DNA of 63,105 nt, filler included, from Hausera hauseri (Eukaryota), in NCBI GenBank assembly GCA_046269625.1. It is 10 parts of 10 records of this genome, joined end to end, with 100 filler letters (N's around TTAATTAATTAA, not from the genome) between each part and the next. Parts side by side here need not be neighbours in the genome. Positions count along the whole stretch, not along the records: positions 49,507 to 53,952 come from JBJURY010577227.1; positions 54,053 to 58,579 come from JBJURY010541231.1; positions 58,680 to 63,105 come from JBJURY010588779.1; 7 more parts are not named here. One strand, given 5' to 3'. The number at the start of each line of letters is the position of its first letter. Position 1 is the first letter of the stretch. Below, piece by piece: positions 50,601 to 63,105 of this stretch. The translations under genes and the position numbers were made by a program. The notes below the pieces were generated by a model, which searched no databases, was not told the DNA's origin, and saw only the letters and a program-made list of their open reading frames with translations.

Positions 50601-53150
50601 TTACAATGCCACATGTCCGTGAAGTAGTGTATGGATTCTATCACCCAGGATCTGCCTCTTGTCATCCATCCGATCTAGGCTCTTCTTCTGTAATGTTATT
50701 GTCTCAATGTTATGATCCCTAGACAGGATCCTTCGCATCTCTGATGTGATGTGAGTCTGTTCATGCAGAACTCTATGCTGGAGATTTATGACGTGGACTA
50801 CATACCTTTCCCTACTATCTAGGTGGCAGAGCAGCTTTCTATTCTTTCCATGGGGAGGAGGCTTGCTCTCAGGGAGGAAAGGCAGCTGTTGATGTCTTGC
50901 GTAGATAGAAGCCGGATATTCCATATCTACCTACAGTATGTATCCCGTATCTCCAGTGGGATGCAGGTCCAATATTGGAATTTTTTCACGATTTTCGACC
51001 CATTAGAAATTATCGTATGTCAATGGGGCGCTTATTGCTTAACCATACAGGTTCTTGGCATATAGGTATGATATACATGAGGATTCCTTGGATGGATCAT
51101 ACTGGGCCATATACTTGTTGTTGGCCTCGCTATACCAGTGGATGGCCTAGCATATTCCACCTCTAATACCTCTCTCAATCATAAGTATTATGTCGTAATC
51201 CTTTATGATCTGCAGCCGGACACCTGTATATCTCAGCATTGCTGCCCAGCTCACCCCTGGAGCCGTAAAGAAATGAGCCGGATTAGAAGCATAGTTCTTC
51301 ATTGTAACATCCCTGAAACTCTCAAAGGCATCTGTGATCAGCAGCACATCCATCTTGAGGGATATGTCACTGTATTCTCCTAATGTTATGCTTTGGAATG
51401 CCTGCCCGATGTTATGAGCATGCTGGTAGTTTATCTCACTATATTGCAATCAGAGAGAATATTGTAAAAGTCCTTCTTGGCCAGCAATGAGGTCTCATCC
51501 AATGTTTTCCATGAAGTTATGTAGTCATAAGGAAACATGTTTTTCCTCTTGACGATGTCAAATGTAGTAGGGAAGAACCGCTTAGTCTCCCTGAGTTCTT
51601 CTAAAGGGCGGTTCTTCACTAAACTGTCAAGTGAAGACGACATTAAACGGAAACTGTCTATGAAGCGAAGCCTCATTCTTTCAACATGCTTTGTAAATGT
51701 GATATATTTTTCCTCACCATTAGAGATCACCTCAATGTTTCCTTTAATGCTGCCCAGTTCCAGAACAATGAAATTGTAGACATAGCCATTGAGATTATGA
51801 AACACTACAAACACATATGTACATGTTTTTCAACGTAGATTGCAGTTGTTGCATGCCGCGCCTCGATATTTGCCTGTAAAATGCTAATTATCCTTGACTT
51901 TATGATTCTCCTTAGTGAGTTATTTGGAGCACAAGTAACATGCTGTTGCCTTGCGCCATTTATCTTCTTACTGCTTCGACATGCTCATTGTAACTTTATG
52001 CTCCTGCTACATATCTCCAATATTATGAGCCATATCTTCAAGTCGTTTCATGAAATGAGCTGCTGCGCCTGGACCCCTGAATAAAAATGGTTCACTGTCC
52101 AGTTCTTTGGCATGCATGCAATATGATGAGAGCTCATGATATTGGTATGCCGTTGTGCTGCTATGTTGTAGATTAGGACTGAAACTCTGAACTGGACACA
52201 GGATCGCTTCAAAGTCGCAATAGATAACTACTGGGACTTTGATCTTCTTCTCGAACTCCTTAAATTCAATGTAATCCTTTTTGGAAAATTCTGGCCTGAT
52301 ACAATAATTGTTGCTGCAGTACATCTTGTGCGCCTTCAGCTTTTCCACAGCTAACTTTCCGCTGAAATGGGACAAGCATCGTTTGTATATTTTCATTCTT
52401 TCCTTATGTTTTGTAATTTGGGATTTGATTAGACGTTCAATGTTCTTTATCCAGATAAAATGCCTCTTTTCACCATCATCTACTAGGAGCAGATCCCTAT
52501 GATCTTCCGATTTAGCATCTCATATCTGCAGGGGATAGAATTTGTCTTCCTCATCCAATCCCAAGATATTTATTGATATACTGTTGAGTCGTCCGAATTT
52601 TTTGACTTCATCTATGGATGGTGGGAACTTGATACTTTGAAAGTCATAGTTGTGCTGCACATTTTTATGTAGCCAAACTAGTGAAGCACTATGCTGATCC
52701 CGTACGAGTTTTGATAGAATGGTATACATGAAACACATTTTGTCGTTATTATGGACATTGACACATGTTTTTTATTAACGATCCAATCAGGGAGCTAAAT
52801 ATATGAACTGTCCCGCATGGGAGAGTACTTGTGAACATATACAATCAATCTCTTGATGGTTGCCAGAATTCATCCGCTCTTCTTATCCTGGCTGTCCCCG
52901 GCTTCACGGATCAGTTTCTCTTGCGCCTCTTGCATCCATTCTGCTACATTGGTGTTTTCCAATATTGGCCTATTTTTGGTCTTGACGTCCCTATTGGATT
53001 CTTAGCCATCAATACTGATGTATATTGCCTCCAATTTTATATTCACTTTAAGGACTTTGAGCTCCGCCATGTTGTCCTGGAGAATTCCCTCTTTTTCCTC
53101 CTTTGTATATTTTAGGAAATCATATAGCGTTGTTTTTATCCAGTTGCATC
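50601..53150 (-). pseudogene. polB: Polinton/Maverick-type protein-primed DNA polymerase B, frameshifted and internally deleted
   Basis: SSYI.LP.WI.NKK.CVNV.NND.MCF, VVIYCDFEAIL, HFTGKYRGAACNNCNL, FHNLNGY, FIDSFRLMSSSLDSLV, FPYDY, DVLLITDAFESFR, IERGIRGGI, DDKR.IL.D.IHTL.HGH. Confidence 0.9.
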
Positions 53151-53444
53151 AATAACATAGATGCGGTATTTTCTTTTTAATGTTGCAGCATCAACTCGCA
53201 TCTGTCTTTGATTTTTTGTTGGAGCCACTTCGTCTGATGTGGCTGCACCTGATGTGGCTTTGCCTGATCATTCTTCAAAGCATCATACTTCAAAGCAAAT
53301 GCATCAAGATTATGTTGCGCATTGAAGATAGTCTTCTTGGACTTTGATGCAAGGTGACTCAAATGATGTTTGTGATTATACTAGCAGCGCATACAGTCTC
53401 GCATCCTAGACATATATAATATTGGAACCTTTTGGATTTGTATC

Positions 53445-53756
53445 CTAATACCGCTGCATCGTTTCATGACACTGTTGCGGATTATGTGCCTTGGATGTGC
53501 AATAAGCATAGGAACCGCACATCTGAATTGCTTTTTGGACACTTGTTGTCATTGGCATATTACTGCTGAATATTTCTTTCTTCGATTTTGTGAAGGTATC
53601 CAGATGATGTTTATGCTGGTTGTAAAATTCTTCATAACCGCTCCGGCACACTACCTCACATGTAGGACACACATAGTATTGAGTCTTGTTGTGTCGGTAT
53701 CCGAAATAATGCTGCATTACACTGTGGCAATTCTGCTTCTCATGTTTCTGTGCCAT
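53445..53756 (-). CDS. Cys/His-rich ORF upstream of polB, probably part of the Polinton
   Basis: YVCPTC....HKHH and C..C....H motifs, same strand as polB. Confidence 0.35.
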   Translation of the reverse strand: MAQKHEKQNCHSVMQHYFGYRHNKTQYYVCPTCEVVCRSGYEEFYNQHKHHLDTFTKSKKEIFSSNMPMTTSVQKAIQMCGSYAYCTSKAHNPQQCHETMQRY

Positions 53757-54052
53757 GCAAAATTTGTAGAAGTTGCAAATCTAAACAAACCAATTATTTG
53801 AGGAGCGCAAATAACAAAAACTCACCATTCGTTGAAGTGATTTTGGAAATAATGAAATATATTGCCACATCAACGTACACTGCCTCGTTTATAGCTGTTT
53901 ATTTTAATTTGGATAATTGATGCAGTAAAACAAAAACACGTAAGGAAAAAAANNNNNNNNNNNNNNNNNNNNNNNNNNNNNNNNNNNNNNNNNNNNTTAA
54001 TTAATTAANNNNNNNNNNNNNNNNNNNNNNNNNNNNNNNNNNNNNNNNNNNN

Positions 54053-54118
54053 TTAATTGAGTCTATGCCTCGGCGTTGCCGAGCTTTTATTAAAGCAAAA
54101 GGTTTCGCAACTAAATAG
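54053..54118 (+). mobile_element. Tc1 transposase extreme C-terminus
   Basis: LIESMPRRCRAFIKAKGFATK*. Confidence 0.75.
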
Positions 54119-57100
54119 TGATTTGTTTCAGTGTTTTTCTTGAAAACTATCATTTGTTGACACTTTTTAAAAGAAATAAAAACGTTATAAATGGGTTTCA
54201 GAAAATGCACGAAAGGTGAAAAGTGTATATCATGCAAAATGCACCTCTAATAGAAAAAAACTGGCAAATAATAGTTCCAAAAATGGATCCATTTGATGTA
54301 AAATTGTCCAAAAACATTTCTGAACAAAAATTATGATACATATAAATATATATCGAAAATTAAGAAAAAGTGTAAATAAACATAATCAATAATGAAGTAT
54401 CTATATGCAACACTTAAATCAATTTGCGACGTAACAGGCTTTTAATGCACGATAATGGCAGATTGTTGATAGCAAGTACTGATAACAACTCGGTCGGCTG
54501 ATATTTTTGAAATTTTGAAATGTTCTGCTGTGGAATTAATTATGAATCAATTACCACATTTGTACCGGACTACATTTAAAATGAATAGAAAAATTTAAAC
54601 TCTCAAAAAGTACAATTTGCGAAACGATATTTTTTATCTAAAGTATGCAATTCATACGCACAAACATGTTATAAAGTTGAATTTCTTGTGAAAGAATAAT
54701 GGGAAATAAAAAGAGTAATGTTGGGTCAAAAGGAAGAGCAATCATCTACACCGTTCCTTTCGATCCACACGACAGAATTTACTATCTCCAACCATGCACG
54801 CATGATCTTAGTAATTCATTTTTAACATTTTATAATTAGCTGAGTAATTAATTTTATTTTATTTTCAGATTTACCACAAATGCCCAATTTTTGTTAAATT
54901 GTGACTACCAGATAACAACAGAATTTTAAGTAACATTGATTACTACTTATCACGTTTTCAAACTTTAAGTACTCTGGTAACTTTTACACACGACTTCAAA
55001 TTCTAAATAAATGTGAATTTTTAAACTGACTTTCGATTTTATATACATTTTATGAAGCAACTTCATTCATAAGCACTATCTATTAACTGTTGTTTATGAT
55101 TAAATTACGAAAGGTCGTCTCGGTTCGTCAGAGTTTATTTGGCAACCAAAAACAAGGACAATTGCCGAATTATAAGGAGTAATCTTTCATGATGTCTAAA
55201 TAGCGGATTTAAACACTCCAGATTCTTCAGAGCAACAAATTCCGTTCGGGATTATTTTAAAATAACAATCTGAGCACGCATTTTACTTTCCGAACCAAAA
55301 GTTGGACTATGACTGATAAAATAAATTCAAAATCAATATTTTCAGAATACAGTTGGAGAACACACCGGTTTTTTAATTAGTCGCAATAACATTGTGAAAG
55401 TGAAAAAGGTTCGGCTTCATTTAAACAAAATATTTTTGTACCATTAGAAATTAGGTCGGGTGAATTAGTCATATAGATCCCTTCCGGTGCACTTGTACAT
55501 AAAACTAACGTTCGCGCACAAACTATTTGACACGGAGTTATTTGGGAATTGTTGTACAAACAGTAATAATTTCTGTGGTTGAGTTGTCGGAATCGTTTGA
55601 CTGGAATTAGAAATGTTTGGAGCCACCGAGATATTGTATTTTGTATTCCGGGATTAGGTACTGACTGTGAAATAAATTTTGGCTAGGATGAAAACAACAA
55701 AGGCAATATTGGTTGCATTGAATGGGTGATGCTAATCGGTTTTATCATTGATATTGCTTGTGATAAACTAACTTAGTTGTGAAGAGACTGTTTGATGTAG
55801 TAGAAGCGATAACGGCATTTTTTGGTTCAGTAATCGCATTTTTTGAAGAACATGGGTCGATTGATGTTGTCGGAATGGGATTCTGCATTTGTTAGTAGGT
55901 CAGTGGAATTTGGTTGCGGTACTTGACTAACAATATCATTATTCGTGGGCGACACATATTGTTATCTGTTTTGGTGGTGTGGTTTGATTGGGACTATTGT
56001 TGAGTTACAGAAACTGTAAATTTTGTATTACAAAGTAGAATTACAATTTACTCATTAAAATTAAAATGTTTATATAATAAGAAAACGTTCATATTACTTT
56101 TAGTACCGTGAAAGACCATTGTTTTCAGGGTGTCCCTCCCCGAGGGCCTCCCACCATTTATCATTTGGGTCAATATACAAACAAAGATTTTGTCATCCAT
56201 TCGAATAATACATCTCTCATCAACGATCAAAATGACAACAAAGAAACGATAATTATAATTACATGTACCTTTAAATATATTATCACGAGGTTGGTAATCA
56301 CTTTCTGAAACTGTTTCTGATCGATTAGATTTTGGTGCAATACCTTTAATAAATTTCACTAATTCATCACCTTTTAATATGCTTATACCAGAAGCAGAAT
56401 ATGTAAAATTCAATCTCTAATACGTGTCCGAACCCGAGTCTATATTTTTTTCTGAAAAGGCAGTTATTAAAATGAATTTAAGATACAGTTGACATTGTCA
56501 AATTATAAGAGAAAATAAGTTTATCACAACGTTTAAAATGCAACCGCCAGCTATTAGTATTTGATTTGGTTCCTCGTCATATATTGTGCCAGCATGAATT
56601 ATTTCAATATATTGGTTTCTCTCTGTTACTGATATAAGAAATAAATAACCTTATATATACATAAAGAGAAACGATCCGAATAAAATTCGACATTCATATC
56701 TTTAATACCACCGATATCTGTGCATGCTAGCATAATTTCAAATAAATCTATTTTCAACATTGGTAAGAGAACTTGTGTTTCAAGGTCTCTATATGTAAAA
56801 TTTAATTCCAAGACTCTTGGACTCTGTTTTGTCTTGTCGTGAAGAAGACCAGTTAAGCCAATAATTAAATCTCGAATTTCGCTTCCGTTTGGCAGATAAG
56901 TTATCTCGGGAGAAATTGCAACAGTATAGAAAATAGTAATCGAGGACAGAGCGATGTCAGCATTTGTGGGATTAAAGAATTGCCAAAAGAACCAATTTCA
57001 GCAAATAAATAAGAATTGTCTACACTTATTTGAAACCATTGAGAATCTGGTGTTACAGAGGAAGCGGAAAATTTTTATTTTTGGAGTTCCTTTAAGAATG

Positions 57101-57289
57101 ATTTTACTCTTAATGTGTGAATTGAGATTTCCGAGATAAGAATTCGTAAAACTCTTTGGAAAACATCTCAGTGAAACTTCAGTGGCAGTACATGTAACAT
57201 TTTTCAGCATTCAAAGAATCCTCTTTGTGGAGCTTGTCAAATTCTTTAAGAGACTGGCCTAAGGTCTCTCCGTTGGACGATTCCAAATT

Positions 57290-58050
57290 TACATATTGGA
57301 AAATTTTTTGATAAATACAACTGCTTCCATTCTAGTGTCGGGCGTCTTGTGAATTAAATAGCCCAATAAAATGTCAGCGTAAGAATCTAGTGGTACCGCT
57401 TGTAGCTCAACAGCTAAATTATTATAATCCAAAATATTAAAGCCAAGATTATTTATTAATTTATATAAGTTTTTGTACAAATCGCTACATTTTGGAGGAA
57501 GGGTTTTCAAATTTTTTCGGAATTTCTTTGAAACTTCAAATGAGGTGCTAGAATCTTGTGCGATCGTAAGTATCTGCTTGGAACAGGTCATCCGCTTTCG
57601 ACGTTTTCAAATTTTGATGTCAATTTCATCACAGGTATCGGTTTCAACTCATTCAAAGAAATTTCCAAAATAGTTCTACCTTCCCATTTATAAATTTCTC
57701 TACATGCTTTACGAAGCTCTTCACTACGATCCTCCATTAACTTAGGAAATAATATTATTACCTCCTTTAAAGGTAGGATTGTTCAACCAAATTCGCTCAA
57801 CGCCTCTCTGAAGAAACAAAATACATCCAACAACAATTATAGGCTGCAGAGAAGTCATATTGGCCAACAGTACTTCAACAACATTCTGAATTTCAATGTT
57901 TCAAAATCCAACTGTCGATTTCTCAAATGTCTAAAACCCAAACCTTTCTGAACAATGTCATTGGCAACTTAGTTAACTAGAAAGGCATCAATAATGATGA
58001 AAATCGAGGCCGAAACCAAAACCACCGCGCCACAAAAATGTTTTAAAATT
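57290..58050 (-). pseudogene. TOG/HEAT-repeat (XMAP215/CKAP5-like) pseudogene fragment
   Basis: Across frameshifts: VANDIVQKGL, QPIIVVGCI, REALSEFG, LKEVIILFPKLMEDRSEELR, EIYKW, ELKP, PVPSRYLRS, matching the end of TOG1 in XMAP215-family proteins; a further HEAT-like HKTPDTRMEA. Confidence 0.7.
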
Positions 58051-61000
58051 TAGATATACGTAGTTCAGTATACATGAAAGAACTGTATTTTTCCATCGTT
58101 CAACTATGTCTATGTTATTATTGCGAATAAGAATTACTGCTTATGTTAAACACGTTTCTAAGTACTTTATATATTTTGCATTAGATTTTGACCTTAATGT
58201 CGTCAAACATTCCTTAAGGGATGGTGTGAAACTATTGGAGATTTTACAACTAAATATATTATACAAAGAAAAATAAATAAATCCCCCAAGGGACGGACAG
58301 TTGCCAATGGAATAATGTCACAAATATCAGATACTGGTAAGCTTGTTTGTTGATCTATACGCAACGATCGGAATATCTTCAAACTTGAATTCGAGTATCA
58401 GTAAGGAAGAAATCGCAATTCTGACACGTTGCAAATCTACAAATTGCTCAATACTTTTTGACAGTTTTCTCTGAAAATTGTTTTCCGACTTGAAACTGAA
58501 AACTTGTTTGGCTTGAACTTATTTTTATTTTTTGATGTGCGGGGGGTGTGTGATTATCTGATATTCATTTTTCACGATTNNNNNNNNNNNNNNNNNNNNN
58601 NNNNNNNNNNNNNNNNNNNNNNNTTAATTAATTAANNNNNNNNNNNNNNNNNNNNNNNNNNNNNNNNNNNNNNNNNNNNAATGCGGTCGCAATATTAATA
58701 AAATAGAATTTAACCTCATTTACGAAACCCCACTGTATTTTCTCGCAACGTCACAATAACCTTTTCCCATATTGTTCTGCTCGGGAAAGAAGTTTCTAGT
58801 CCAACGTGTTTGTATAACCTCTGCTTCTTTTATACGTTATAACGAGAATATCTTCATTTCAAATATCTGGATGTTTTAAGGAAAATCACTCACCGTTTCC
58901 GTGGTTCTCTTGAATTTGATGCAGGATACAACATTATTGGGCAATGTATTTTGCAGGAAAAATGTAATTAGTTAGGACTAGCAATATTGTCAATAACAAA
59001 CATTTTCATTTTTCATATTTTTATCACTTTGTGTTTCAATATCCATAATTAAAAAGTATGTATAATCAAGTAGGAAGATCAAATTGTTATAAAAGAACAC
59101 TGTAGTGTGTAGTGTAAAGGATGTATAAAGGGTGTGGTTGAAAGTATATTTAAAAAAGAAAATTATATTACAAATTACATGTTATTAACCAGAATAATAA
59201 TAATAATATGAGAAAGTAATTTATTTGACCCGAAACGGAATGCAGAAACTTTAATGAATATAACGCCTACGTTCGACTTAGAAACATTGGTTAAAATTAT
59301 CCAGGAAATTATCAGAATGATTATGAAATCTCTACTAACTTAATTAAGATATTATGATATCGAGAATCCCACGCATTAGCAAGGCTATATAAGGAATTGA
59401 AACTGAACAGAGAGGGAGAAATAAATTTGGATTGCAATTTCCGTCGAGTCATTTACAGAAGCTAAAGAGGAGCCGAAAGATCGAAAGGCGAACCGATTAG
59501 AATATATTGGAAGACGATAAGCGAAGCGAATAATATTCCGAAACCAACTTCAGGGGAATTAAAATTTTGGCTAATCATCGTACCGGCACTGTACGTCAGC
59601 GGTATATTTGTTATTAAAAATAAAGTCGTTATATTATTAAACATGCTGATAGTTGCTGACCGCCCCTTAAGGGGGTTAAACAACAATAAGTTTAAACTCA
59701 ACTAAATATTAAATAGTTAATTACTATAAAATTGTTAACCACATTAGACGTTATTACATTCAGTACACGCACTTTAAAATCTGTAGACACAATCAACTGA
59801 ACGAGAACATCAGTTCTTTCCTTCACAAGCTAAATTAATTGTAAACTTGAATTTATTGTTATAGTTTGGGAGTTGATTAGGGCCCACCGAAGCATAACAC
59901 ACACACACACACACATACATTCCCATGAAGGTAAATCACCCACCACCAATTACATATCTAGTTTTGTCTAAATGTATCAAAATTAAAATGGCGGTCGTTT
60001 TTGCCTTATATATTTAAATTTCACCAATTGAAAAATTCACCTGTGTCAGAAACAGAGTCGAAATATAAAATGGAAATTCAACTAACACCTTTCGCAAGTT
60101 CGACAAAACGTACAAGGAAACTGAAATGAAGACACTTCAATAGAATTGTCATGAATCAAAATCAAAGCTGGTGATTTGCTTTTTCATAATCGAATAATCG
60201 AATATTCGATATTCGATCTTCAGCGAGCTCCAGCATTGTTGCTAAAAGTGATATTGAGATAATATTTTATTTTGCCTTTACAAGTCACTTACTACACATG
60301 CGCGCAAAAATTTGTGAAATATGGAAATAATAGAGATTGCAAAACTTTCTAAATGCGACTCACTTGACATGAACTTACATTTGTTCACGAAATGTTCGAA
60401 TGGTTATGTAAAATTAAATACAATTTTAAAGTGTCAGTTGAATTTTCATTTAAAATTGAAAAAATTCCAAATAATCCACTGACTTGTATAAAAATATTAA
60501 CATCTGTACTTCGACTGAGATAAGGAAAATTACCACCGGTTTTCATATGTGCTCGTTTAGCTTGTGGATAACACTTTATCAGGTTAAAATTAACCGTTGA
60601 TGTTAGGGCGTTTTTGTCACAAACCTAGAAAAAATCCAAAGTAAAAATACCAAATTAGTGTAAATAAAATTAAAATCACTTTATGTTAGAATATTATATT
60701 TTTATTCTTTGAACCTTTCTTCCTGAATGTTTCTAAAGACCAAAACACCAGACTGAAGGAATGCAGAACAATGATACTTTTTGTATTCACAAAAATTGGA
60801 ATATTACACTACAAAATGTCATACAAAAATAAAATACAAATTCATTTTATCCGGATTCGAATGCCTTATTATTTTAAATAACTTTATTATTAACGGTCAC
60901 TACATTGTAGACCGGATCACCTATTATCAATAAATAATGCACTTTAATCGATGCTTAATTCTCGACCAAAACACTTAAGTTCTGGTTGTACAATAACCAC

Positions 61001-61796
61001 TGGCAGTTAAAGCAGTTTATTTTATTTATTACAAATTTCCCGGCTGTATTGAACTGGTCTGGTGACGATACTCCTAACAGTTGGTTGAAAACAACTAGGC
61101 TGTTCTACGCAGGATTTTGTCAAAGTGGGGGGATTTACATCATGTTTATTGCGTAATATCAAAATCTTCTTGTATTAATGGTTCCCCACACATACCTTCT
61201 GTTTTACGGCATATCTTACACATGCAGTTCCCAATATGACATTTCTAAATTTATTCATGTTTAAATGTTGATAAAACGTCACCAACAATAAAATTCATTA
61301 GGCTTTAGAGCCTAATGGGAAAATTTTTAAAATCAGATTCCACGGAGGGAGTTTTAAGCCCCTAAGTGACTCTTGTTTGGATTCCGGTTAATTTTTATCC
61401 CAATATACCTCTCAACATGGGATTCCAACGCCCTCCATGATCTTTCCTAATGAAATAAAAAAATTCCGCATTTATTTCTATCAACTTGGCATCCGATGAA
61501 ATAATTTATTTTTTTATTATTAATTATTTCAATTATTTTGGATTAGATTAATTTTCAATAAACATTCAGTTTAAAAATATAGTAAAATATAGTAACTAAT
61601 AAGAGTATAGCGATTAATCAATAGATAAAGGGTAAACGGCCATTTTCAAATAACGATAATACTGGTCAACAAGGTTTCCTTTTCTCATAGGCCATTACTC
61701 ATTTCTGATAGTTCGTGATGAGCAGATCAGAAATCTGTATTTACTTTTCCTCCATCACGCATTGTTCAAAAGTTATTTACATTTTACGAAAATGTA

Positions 61797-62640
61797 AACA
61801 GTATGTCCCAAAAATAACGAAACTTTTAATTTAGATCATGGAACACGTAGTGCCATCTATTGAAAATATACGTTTTAGAACGATATCTTTCCTCTTTCAA
61901 ACGCACCCACGTTCATACAAATCGGTTGACAGGTTAAAAACATACGGGCGTTTTGATGACAGTAGTTTTTGTGCTTATGTCGTAAAAATACAATGGAACA
62001 AAGAGCAAATATTAAATTTTGTTTTACACTTGGAAAATAATTCGCCGAGATATACGAATTGATGAAAAAAGCTTACGGCGATGATTGTTCATCTCGTTCC
62101 CAAGTTTATAAGTGGTTTATAAGATTTAAAAATGGTTGTGAAGACTGCAATAATGATAAAAGACCTGGACGTCCAGAAGCTGAAAATAGTGCTGAATTAG
62201 TCCAAAAAGTAAGTAAAATCACTGCTATCGATGCGAATTTACTGAGAGAATATTGGCTGAAGAATTAAAACTAGTAAAAATACTATTTGGAGAATTTTAA
62301 CTGAAGATTTGGGTAAAAGAAAGGTTTGTGCACGTTTTGTTCCACATGAATTAAATGAAGACCAAAAAAATCGCTCGTGTAGAGCATTGCAAAGACATCA
62401 TTTCAACTTCTGAAAATGATCCAGATTTTCTTGATTCGATCATAACTGGTGACGAAACATGGTGCTTCAAATATGATACAGAAACTAAGCGTCAATCTGC
62501 AGAATGGAAGTCGAAAACCAAAAAAATTACGTTTCGAAAAGTCAAGAATCAAGATTATGTTGATTACCTTCTATGATTCAAGGGTATTGTCCACAAGGAA
62601 TTTGTTCCAGGTCAAACTATTGATGGACACACTGTGTATT
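61797..62640 (+). mobile_element. Mariner transposon relic: 5' end plus truncated transposase starting at ATG 61993
   Basis: MEQRANIKFC..LGK, AYGDDC.SRSQVYKW..RFK.G, RPGRP, VCARFVPH.L, IITGDETW, KRQSAEW, KSRIK.ML..F.D; stops and frameshifts; the third catalytic Asp is missing. Confidence 0.9.
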
Positions 62641-63105
62641 ATAGGAGTGCTGTTTATCTACAAAATTGTCAGATTATGAATTTAAATGGCCAAATTTATA
62701 TTATTTTTAAAAATTGGTTTAAAATAAGCCACGCATACCTTTGATGATTTCATGTTGTAAAATGAAGCCAGCTGCCGTGTATAGTATTCCGTTCATCATT
62801 TTCACATTAATTATTTACAATCTCTCAAACGAAGTCTTTAAAATGCAATTAGAACACTACATAAATAGACACGTTTCATAAATGAAACAGAATAGAATAT
62901 TACTCAGGTACTAAAAATTTAGCTCTAGTCACTAATCGTTGAGTTATTAAACGTAACTTAACACTGCCTGTCCCATGTGAATTACATGTAATAGAGAAGT
63001 TTATTAGTAGATAGAAATAAGCATATGAAATGAAGATTCCCTCGCCTTAAACTAGTCTGCAATAATGATCGAATTAAAAAATGTTAACAATACTAGTAAT
63101 ATTAA

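Noticed and set aside
38926-53952. Linking the Polinton-like end in contig G to the polB in contig H
   Set aside because: They are separated by an artificial spacer and may come from different organisms.
54001-54237. 78-aa ORF with X residues
   Set aside because: Runs into the N spacer and is antisense to a Tc1 fragment.

Overview
This window is not one locus. It is ten eukaryotic (animal) contigs joined by artificial 100-bp N/TTAATTAATTAA/N spacers: A 1-11761, B 11862-19518, C 19619-24344, D 24445-29994, E 30095-34172, F 34273-38825, G 38926-49406, H 49507-53952, I 54053-58579, J 58680-63105. Contig A looks teleost-like and holds an apparently intact EnSpm/CACTA-type transposon (683-aa transposase plus a 6-exon DUF4806-like gene) with nested MITEs and SINEs. 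B holds a decayed Ty3/gypsy element with no recognisable LTR pair, bounded by two GC-rich multi-hairpin islands and abutting a planarian-type Piwi MID/PIWI fragment. D holds a fucosyltransferase-like N-terminus, a spliced MAT1 (MNAT1) gene, a Tigger/pogo element and gypsy RT debris. E is the most striking contig: a decayed retroelement polyprotein ordered Gag zinc knuckle, unknown domain/AT-hook, Bcl-2-like domain, chuvirus/gB-type envelope glycoprotein, aspartic protease. F and G look mollusc-like and are repeat-rich. H holds a broken Polinton DNA polymerase, I a TOG-domain pseudogene and J a mariner relic. All family and taxon assignments come from motif recognition by eye, not database searches.
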